Positions 46,634 to 53,293 of a DNA stretch of 64,000 nucleotides are shown here, in pieces. Source of the stretch: Minisyncoccota bacterium (GTDB lineage: Bacteria > Patescibacteriota > Minisyncoccia > Phycocordibacterales > JAQTLZ01); assembly GCA_028711065.1 (NCBI GenBank), contig JAQTSY010000006.1:213-64212 (forward strand), read 5' to 3'. Made by a program: the position numbers and the translations under genes. The notes below the pieces were generated by a model that worked only from the letters and a program-made list of their open reading frames with translations, was not told the DNA's origin and made no database searches. The stretch's first letter is position 1; every line of letters starts with the position of its first letter.

Positions 46634-47368
46634 CTAGAGGCTGAGCATGAGGTGGAACGCTTCCGCATTCCGATCCTTGTAGTTTTGCCTGAAGGCGAAC
46701 TCCTCCAAGTAACTTTGGAGCCTTTTGGGGTCTACTCCGTGGTAAGTCTCGTTGATGAACGTCTCGACGGATTGAAGAGTGTCGAGCAGTTCCGGCGCCG
46801 GTTTGGAATTCCTTCCCACCCCAATGTCTTCAAGGAATTTCCCCACGTCCTCCATCCGCTTGATATGTTTCAGGAGGAGTTTATTGCCGATGCGTACGGC
46901 CAAAACCTTCGCCGCCTTCTTGCTACCACAAACCTCCCCGATAGCGAATTTCGCCTGAACTCGCGGTTCACCGTTGCTGTGCAGATTGGCTTTGCCCATC
47001 TCGTCGCGGAGCTTGTGGAGCATATAGAAGGCCGGCTCATAACGCTTGAGCCCCAACAGTCTTTGCAGATCCAGTGCGCTACAGTATTCATCTTGCAAAA
47101 GCATGAACGCGGCCAAAAACCACTTGGTCAACGCAATGTGCGTGTGGTCCATCGCTGTGCCGACGGTGAGACTCACCTGGGTGCGGCACTTGGCGCACTG
47201 GATGACCCGCCTTGTGGTCAAACGGTGACTGCGTGTACAGCCACAATTCGGACACACGAAGCCTTTTGGCCAGCGTGCCTGAATTATGTGTTCCAGGCAG
47301 ACCTCATCATTCCCGAACATCTTCTTCAAATCCCCAGGGGTCTTGGGGAAATTCCTTCTGGTCAACAT
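46634..47368 (-). CDS. IS1595 (ISXO2-like) transposase-derived protein lacking the DDE core
   Basis: RWPKGFVCPNCG..CAKC..TVGT Zn ribbon, HTH, and C-terminal YHGVDPKRLQSYLEEFAFR; no VEVDETY or TD catalytic segments. Confidence 0.8.
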   Translation of the reverse strand: MLTRRNFPKTPGDLKKMFGNDEVCLEHIIQARWPKGFVCPNCGCTRSHRLTTRRVIQCAKCRTQVSLTVGTAMDHTHIALTKWFLAAFMLLQDEYCSALDLQRLLGLKRYEPAFYMLHKLRDEMGKANLHSNGEPRVQAKFAIGEVCGSKKAAKVLAVRIGNKLLLKHIKRMEDVGKFLEDIGVGRNSKPAPELLDTLQSVETFINETYHGVDPKRLQSYLEEFAFRQNYKDRNAEAFHLMLSL

Positions 47369-47421
47369 TACACACCGTCCTTTCGTTTTTAATGGCCTCG
47401 ATTAGGCCAAAACCAAAGAGG

Positions 47422-47450
47422 ATAGTAGATATTTTATGTACTTTTGTCAA
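47422..47450 (-). promoter_or_regulatory. Sigma70-type promoter of the IS1595-derived gene
   Basis: TTGACA-17-TACTAT on the minus strand. Confidence 0.6.
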
Positions 47451-47472
47451 TAATGAGATACAATAGCCAACT

Positions 47473-48465
47473 ATGGTCAATTCGGGATTTTGGGGGAAAT
47501 TAAAAAAGCCAATAATGGTGCTTGCTCCGATGGCAGATGTTACGGACGCGGCTTTTCGGCGCATTATCGCAAAATATGGCAAGCCTGATGTTATGTACAC
47601 GGAATTTGTTTCGGCTGACGGGCTTGTCATGGCGGACGATGAGGGAAAAGCAAAATTAAAAAAAGATCTGCTTTTCTCTGAATCTGAACGTCCGATCGTC
47701 GCACAATTTTTTTCTGGAAAACCGGAGATGATAGAAAAAGCGGCACAGCTTGCTGTCGAGCTTGGTTTCGACGGAATTGATATCAATATGGGATGTCCTG
47801 CGGGACCGATTGAAAAACAAGGAGCGGGTGCGGCACTTATCAAGAATCCGAAACGTGCGCGAGAAATTATCCAAGCTGCAAAAAGGGGAGCGGGAAGTTT
47901 GCCTGTGTCCGTGAAGACTCGGATTGGTTGGAGTAAGAATGAAATCGAAACCTGGCTTCCGGAAATTTTGGCAGAAGAGCCGGCTGCTGTGATTGTTCAC
48001 GCTCGCACGCGAAAAGAGATGTCAAAAGTTCCTGCACGTTGGGATGTGGTGAAGAGAGCGGTGGAAATTCGAAATGAATTAAAAAGTGAGACACTCATTC
48101 TTGGAAACGGGGATGTGAAAGATCTCGAAGATGGACGCGCAAAAATAAAAGAGTCTGGCGTGGATGGAGCAATGCTTGGTCGCGCTATTTTCGGCAACCC
48201 GTGGTTATTTCAGGAGAGAAAACTTGAAGACGTTCCACTTCCTGAAAGATTTGAAGTTATGTGCGAACACACGGAAACTTTTGAGAAACTTCTCGGTGGG
48301 GTTAAAAATTTCGCGCTCATGAAAAAACATTTCAAAGCGTATGTCGAAGGTTTCCCTGGCGCGAAAGAATTACGAGTTAAACTTATGGAAGCGGATGATG
48401 CGGTAAAAATAAAATCACTTCTGAAAGATTTTCTTGCTACCTCTGTGGATAACTCCACTCGATAA
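47473..48465 (+). CDS. dus: tRNA-dihydrouridine synthase
   Basis: LAPMADVTD, DINMGCP, GAGAAL, SVKTRIG, HART, NGDV, GRAIFGNPW. Confidence 0.95.
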   Translation: MVNSGFWGKLKKPIMVLAPMADVTDAAFRRIIAKYGKPDVMYTEFVSADGLVMADDEGKAKLKKDLLFSESERPIVAQFFSGKPEMIEKAAQLAVELGFDGIDINMGCPAGPIEKQGAGAALIKNPKRAREIIQAAKRGAGSLPVSVKTRIGWSKNEIETWLPEILAEEPAAVIVHARTRKEMSKVPARWDVVKRAVEIRNELKSETLILGNGDVKDLEDGRAKIKESGVDGAMLGRAIFGNPWLFQERKLEDVPLPERFEVMCEHTETFEKLLGGVKNFALMKKHFKAYVEGFPGAKELRVKLMEADDAVKIKSLLKDFLATSVDNSTR

Positions 48466-48602
48466 TGATGGCTTTCCGCAAAAACCAGCAGTACTATTAA
48501 AGAGTGCTGTTTGAGCTGATGCTGTCCTATTCTGGATAGCCTGTCTCGGACAGAAGACAAGTACGTCTCCAGTGTGGAGACAAAATAAGGGGAGGGCAGG
48601 TC

Positions 48603-49148
48603 ATGCGCAACAGACCGACCGCCGTAAAGGCGCTGCTTATCGCAGCGATCCTGATGTTCAGTATTCCGTACGCGTGGTGCAATCCGACGACGACGACCGC
48701 GAATGGGGAGGGCAAGGCAATCGCCGCCAACTCGGACAACATCGCCGTTTTCGTGAATGTGGACAACCGCGTCGAGCACGGGCGTATGCGCGTCGTGTAC
48801 GTGAACGAGTACCGCTGGAACAACATCAATCTCGCGCTGCAAGGGCAGGCCGGCGAGATGAACGTGAACGGCCGCAATTTCGCCATCGAGGAGTACAAGA
48901 ACAACGGCGACAATCCGGCGTTCCAGGCATCCGCGACGAACTACGATCCGTCGCCGCAGTCAGTCATCCAGGTCAACGAGAACATCATCGCGCTGAACAA
49001 GGGCAGGCCGGAAGGTTGGCAAAATAATGGTCCGAATCCGTCGGCATGGACATACGCGTCGCACAAGCATTTTACAGATCAACGCGCGGCCGGCTACTTC
49101 GGGTTCCACAACAATTCTAATGGCATGGTGTGCATCACCGGCCAATGA
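48603..49148 (+). CDS. Secreted Asn-rich hypothetical protein (solo accessory gene)
   Basis: GGGGAGG RBS, signal peptide, strong C/G third-position bias. Confidence 0.75.
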   Translation: MRNRPTAVKALLIAAILMFSIPYAWCNPTTTTANGEGKAIAANSDNIAVFVNVDNRVEHGRMRVVYVNEYRWNNINLALQGQAGEMNVNGRNFAIEEYKNNGDNPAFQASATNYDPSPQSVIQVNENIIALNKGRPEGWQNNGPNPSAWTYASHKHFTDQRAAGYFGFHNNSNGMVCITGQ

Positions 49149-49406
49149 TTGACCCGAGCAATCGGGCGCATTATAGGGGCTGACGAACACACCAGTGTCC
49201 GCCAGCCCTGTTTTCTACCCAATTTTCTTTCTTTCGGGAGCTAGTTGACATTTTTAAGGGCTGTGCTAAGGTATCTCCCGGTCAAGAAGTAAAAGGTTAC
49301 ATAAAAAACGACTCTAGTGGGAGGCACGCCTTTGTGGGCGCGTTTTCGTTACTAGATCACAGGGTGGGGAAGCCAATAGGGCAACCCCGTACACGGGAGG
49401 TGCAGT

Positions 49407-49982
49407 ATGTTGTATGCCACAAAGCACTACGGCCTGATGCTGGCCGGGTTCGTTTCGATTGTCTTGTTCAGTTTCTCGACGCGCGCGACCGAAGCCCAGC
49501 CGCAGAGCGATCAGACCAAGGACAAGCCGACGACGGTGAACAAGGATGCCAGCGCGGCGCCCGCGAAGGACGGCGTGAAGCAGGCCAGCAACACGGCCGT
49601 GCAGACGGTTGAGGTCAACAACAAGGATGGAGCTGTGAAGTTTCTGAGCTCCATCTGCGAGGTCGGCCTCAACCTGAAGCCGACGATCATCGGCACGCAG
49701 GACACTACCACGGTTTTCGCGCAGCTCGTTGACGCGAAGGCCGTAAACGTTACGCCCACGCGCGATTTTTGCATCAAGCTGGAAAACAACGAGGGCGTGA
49801 AGTACGTGTTGAGCGAGAACGACATGAAGGAACTCATCCTGAAGCTGGACAACTCTTCTCGCCCGGACATGATCACACTGATTCCGGCACTGAAGAAGGC
49901 CAGCGTCAGCATGAACGACGGCGCCAATAAGTCCACACTGGCCGTCAGCACGACCTCCGCCCCCGGCGCCGACAAGAAATAG
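49407..49982 (+). CDS. Secreted hypothetical protein (solo accessory gene)
   Basis: TTGACA promoter about 49245, GGAGGT RBS, signal peptide, GC3-rich; hairpin 49998-50039. Confidence 0.75.
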   Translation: MLYATKHYGLMLAGFVSIVLFSFSTRATEAQPQSDQTKDKPTTVNKDASAAPAKDGVKQASNTAVQTVEVNNKDGAVKFLSSICEVGLNLKPTIIGTQDTTTVFAQLVDAKAVNVTPTRDFCIKLENNEGVKYVLSENDMKELILKLDNSSRPDMITLIPALKKASVSMNDGANKSTLAVSTTSAPGADKK

Positions 49983-50286
49983 TCGGCCGCCGGCAAAGGG
50001 ATTGGCCCATTCTCGATTCCATCGAGGTGGGCCAATCCCGCCCCAAACTTCAGTAGTACACCAACAATTAAATAGCAAGAACCCAATCACGTTCGTGACT
50101 GGGCGCAGATCATGACTTCATAATCCTCAAAGGAAAAGAGAAGTTGATCAGCCCTTGAAAAGGGAGAAAGGAGCAACATAGGAAACGACACCTGTGCCAA
50201 TCTTTTCTCCCTTTCAACTTTTCTGCCCCCGCTTTGAGGCGGTTTTTTATTTTTTTAAAATCATTTTCTTCTGTTATACTCTCCGT

Positions 50287-51327
50287 ATGTCCGAAACTGC
50301 TTTATATCGAAAATACCGCCCGCATTCTTTCGTTGAAGTTGTGGGGCAGGAACATATTGTAAAAGTTCTCTCGGCTTCTGCTTCTTCGGGCAAAATTGCT
50401 CATGCCTATCTTTTTTCCGGTTCACGCGGTACTGGGAAGACTTCTCTTGCAAGAATTTTTGCGGAAACGCTTGGCACGAGCGCAAATGATCTGAATGAAA
50501 TAGATGCTGCATCTAATAATGGTGTGGACGAGGTTCGGGCATTAAATGAGGCTGTAAGCGTGCTTCCTTTTGAATCGAAATACAAAGTCTATATTTTTGA
50601 TGAAGTGCATATGTTTTCCAAGTCTGCCTGGAATGCACTTCTGAAAACACTCGAGGAACCACCGAAACATGTTATTTTCATTCTTGCGACGACTGAAATT
50701 GATAAAGTGCCGGAAACAATTATTTCTCGCTGTCAGACATTTACTTTCCGAAAGCCGAGCCAAGAAATTCTTGCGACTGTTGTAAAAAATGTTGCAAAGA
50801 AAGAAGGATACACTCTCGAACCAGCATCTGCAGATCTCATCGGGATTCTTGCTGATGGTTCTTTCCGTGATGCACTTGGAATTGTCCAGAAAATTCTCGG
50901 AATTTCAAAAGACAAAAAGATTTCAGTCGAAGAAGTGGAAATGGTGACCGGCGCGCCTCGCTCGGAGCTTGTAAACGCATTTATCGAAGCGCTTTCTGAA
51001 AAAAATAGCGAAAAGGGGATTGGAGCAATCCAAAAAGCCCTGAAACAAAATGTGGATATGAAAGTGTATGCCAAACTTATCCTTATGAAGCTCCGCTTCG
51101 TGCTTCTTTTGAAATTTGCGCCGACGCTCGCACAGGAATTTTCCTCGCATATCTCAAAAGAAGATTTTGAATATCTAAAAACACTTTCACAAAAAAAAGA
51201 ATCTCATATTTCATCGGCAACCCTTCTCGAAATGCTTAGCGCGTATGACATGATTGGCCGTTCCTATATTCCAGAACTTTCTCTCGAAATAGCTTTAGTG
51301 AAGCTTTCTGGTGTCTCACAACAATAG
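50287..51327 (+). CDS. dnaX: DNA polymerase III gamma/tau subunit (short, without Zn module)
   Basis: LYRKYRP, GSRGTGKT, EIDAAS, DEVHM, NALLKTLEEPP, TIISRC; ATG 50287. Confidence 0.95.
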   Translation: MSETALYRKYRPHSFVEVVGQEHIVKVLSASASSGKIAHAYLFSGSRGTGKTSLARIFAETLGTSANDLNEIDAASNNGVDEVRALNEAVSVLPFESKYKVYIFDEVHMFSKSAWNALLKTLEEPPKHVIFILATTEIDKVPETIISRCQTFTFRKPSQEILATVVKNVAKKEGYTLEPASADLIGILADGSFRDALGIVQKILGISKDKKISVEEVEMVTGAPRSELVNAFIEALSEKNSEKGIGAIQKALKQNVDMKVYAKLILMKLRFVLLLKFAPTLAQEFSSHISKEDFEYLKTLSQKKESHISSATLLEMLSAYDMIGRSYIPELSLEIALVKLSGVSQQ

Positions 51328-51370
51328 ATTTTTTGGTCGTTTTAAGATATTCTTAACCCTGTTTTATCAC

Positions 51371-51441
51371 TGGGGGATCGTCTAACGGTAGGACAGAGGC
51401 CTTTGAAGCCTTTAATCGGGGTTCGATTCCCTGTCCCCCAG
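51371..51441 (+). tRNA. tRNA-Gln(TTG)
   Basis: TGGGGGA/TCCCCCA acceptor, GAGGC-CTTTGAA-GCCTT anticodon arm, CGGGG-TTCGATT-CCCTG T arm; followed by CAA, not CCA. Confidence 0.96.
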
Positions 51442-51583
51442 CAAAATTTCCAGAGGAAATTTTCTGTCCGAAGTAATGGGGATTACTTCGGCAGGGAATC
51501 GAAGCCTGTTTGAGTATTTACTGAAAGTAAATCCAAACAGGAAACTGCTCCTGTAAGGAGCGATACTCCCTGTCCCCCAGCCA
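51442..51583 (+). other. tRNA-Gln trailer: two hairpins, antisense T-arm copy, family C core, sense 3'-end copy with CCA
   Basis: CAGGGAATCGAA (51492-503); CGATACTCCCTGTCCCCCAGCCA (51561-83). Confidence 0.88.
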
Positions 51584-51639
51584 ACTCGCGCCAGGTTATC
51601 GCGCTCGAGATGCGTCGATAATCGGTAAAATAATTAATT

Positions 51640-52038
51640 ATGCAAAAACCAATTGAAGAATATACGGATGGTGAACTGATGTCTGTAATCCGACAGGCTG
51701 AAAATACTGATATATCGGGCAGTCAATACCAAAAGGCAAAAAATGAATGGGATATGCGTCAGCAAGTAAAAATTGCTCAAGCAACAGAAAAAAAGAGGGG
51801 AGGAATATTTTTTGAAGTCGGCGGCAATATGATAAACGATGGAGCTATTCATACAGCTGAGGGTGCAACGGTCGACGTGAGTGTTGCTGGTGACTACACA
51901 AGCAACAAAGGAAAAATCTACCAAGGGAAAGGCCCAAAGGACGAGACCCTACTCGATAAGTTCTTTTGGCTTATTATTGTACCGGTACTAGTTGTTGTGA
52001 TTGGAGGATTTATACTCCACTACTTTGGTTGGGTTTAA
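51640..52038 (+). CDS. Hypothetical protein with C-terminal TM helix
   Basis: 132-aa ORF ending in FFWLIIVPVLVVVIGGFILHYFGWV. Confidence 0.65.
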   Translation: MQKPIEEYTDGELMSVIRQAENTDISGSQYQKAKNEWDMRQQVKIAQATEKKRGGIFFEVGGNMINDGAIHTAEGATVDVSVAGDYTSNKGKIYQGKGPKDETLLDKFFWLIIVPVLVVVIGGFILHYFGWV

Positions 52039-52159
52039 TTAATCTTCTTAGCCCCACGAGACTTGTTGATTTCATTTACAAAAACTAACCAAACGGACCA
52101 ACCCGGGCTTGACCGATAGCGGTTCTAACTCGAGACGGCCAGCCAAAGTTTAAATCCCC

Positions 52160-52510
52160 ATGCTCAAACAAAATCTGTACGCAACTAGCTTCTCAAAGGT
52201 ATATCCGTACTATATCGCTAAGGCGGAGAAGAAAGGACGCACAAAAGCAGAGGTCGACGAAATTATTTGTTGGCTCACTGGCTATAGTCAAAAACAGTTT
52301 GAAAAACAATTGGAAAAGGGGATAGATTTTAAAACTTTCTATCTCAAAGCTCCTAAGCCGAATCCAAAACGCCGTCTGATCAAAGGTGTGGTTTGCGGTG
52401 TCCGAATAGAAGAGATTACAGATCGGGTTATGCGCGAGATTCGTTATTTAGATAAACTTATAGATGAACTGGCAAAGGGAAAAGCGATGGAGGAAATTTT
52501 GCGAAAGTAA
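52160..52510 (+). CDS. DUF2200 family protein
   Basis: [29 protein letters not shown]-type [24 protein letters not shown]. Confidence 0.9.
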   Translation: MLKQNLYATSFSKVYPYYIAKAEKKGRTKAEVDEIICWLTGYSQKQFEKQLEKGIDFKTFYLKAPKPNPKRRLIKGVVCGVRIEEITDRVMREIRYLDKLIDELAKGKAMEEILRK

Positions 52511-52553
52511 TATGTTTTCGAAATATTTATAAGAATAGAACGTCTCACATAGC

Positions 52554-53180
52554 ATGAGAAAAATCATCACAACAACTTTCGTAACATTAGACGGTGTCAT
52601 GCAGGCTCCGGGAGGACCGGAGGAGGATACGACAGGAGGCTTCAAATATGGCGGCTGGCAACTTTCTTTCCCTCACGACGAGAAGTTGGGCTCCATTCTC
52701 TACGGATTTTTCACTATTCCATTCGAACTCCTGCTTGGCAAAATCACTTATGATATTTTTGCCTCATTTTGGCCTACCGCTAAAACGGACCTCGAGGTGG
52801 CGGTTCCATTTAATAAAACAAAGAAATATGTAGTGTCGCATACGTCTTTCGAACCTTCTTGGCAGAACTCTTCGGTCATTACCGGTGATGTTGTAGCACA
52901 GATCAGGAAACTCAAAGAAGAAGACGGCCCAGATCTCTGGGTGTGGGGCAGTGGGAATCTCGTTCAGACTTTGCTCAAATATAATTTGATTGACCGGATG
53001 CATTTGTGGATACATCCAATCACGCTCGGTACGGGTAAAAAACTTTTTGCAGAGGGGACCCAAGCGCAAAATTTTAAGCTTGTTGATTCCCAAACTGGAG
53101 CGACCGGTCTCATTTTCGCCACCTACGAGCCTGCCGGAGAGCTTAGAGTCCACGCTCGATCTGCCTCTATCCCCACCTAA
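52554..53180 (+). CDS. Dihydrofolate reductase/RibD C-terminal family protein
   Basis: TLDGVMQAPGGPEED, LLGKITY, KYVVS, WGSGNL, HPITLGTGKKLF. Confidence 0.88.
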   Translation: MRKIITTTFVTLDGVMQAPGGPEEDTTGGFKYGGWQLSFPHDEKLGSILYGFFTIPFELLLGKITYDIFASFWPTAKTDLEVAVPFNKTKKYVVSHTSFEPSWQNSSVITGDVVAQIRKLKEEDGPDLWVWGSGNLVQTLLKYNLIDRMHLWIHPITLGTGKKLFAEGTQAQNFKLVDSQTGATGLIFATYEPAGELRVHARSASIPT

Positions 53181-53293
53181 ACTTTCTTTTGAGCACCGGT
53201 AAGATATACTTAGTGGGTAAGAAATTTCGAAATGAATACATCGGAATTATTTTTTTGCCGAGGTGCCAAATGGTTTTTGGCCTTTTTTAATTT

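Noticed and set aside
46634-47368. Active IS element
   Set aside because: No catalytic motifs, terminal inverted repeats or target duplication seen.
46544-47392. 282-aa plus-strand ORF
   Set aside because: Shadow frame of the IS1595-derived gene; no recognisable motifs.
50150-50220. SRP (4.5S) RNA upstream of dnaX
   Set aside because: The position is suggestive, but the helix-8 CAGG..GNRA..AGCA motif is absent on both strands.
51584-53200. Integrase-type genomic island at tRNA-Gln
   Set aside because: No integrase and no distal att copy in the window; the only duplicate lies about 120 nt from the gene.
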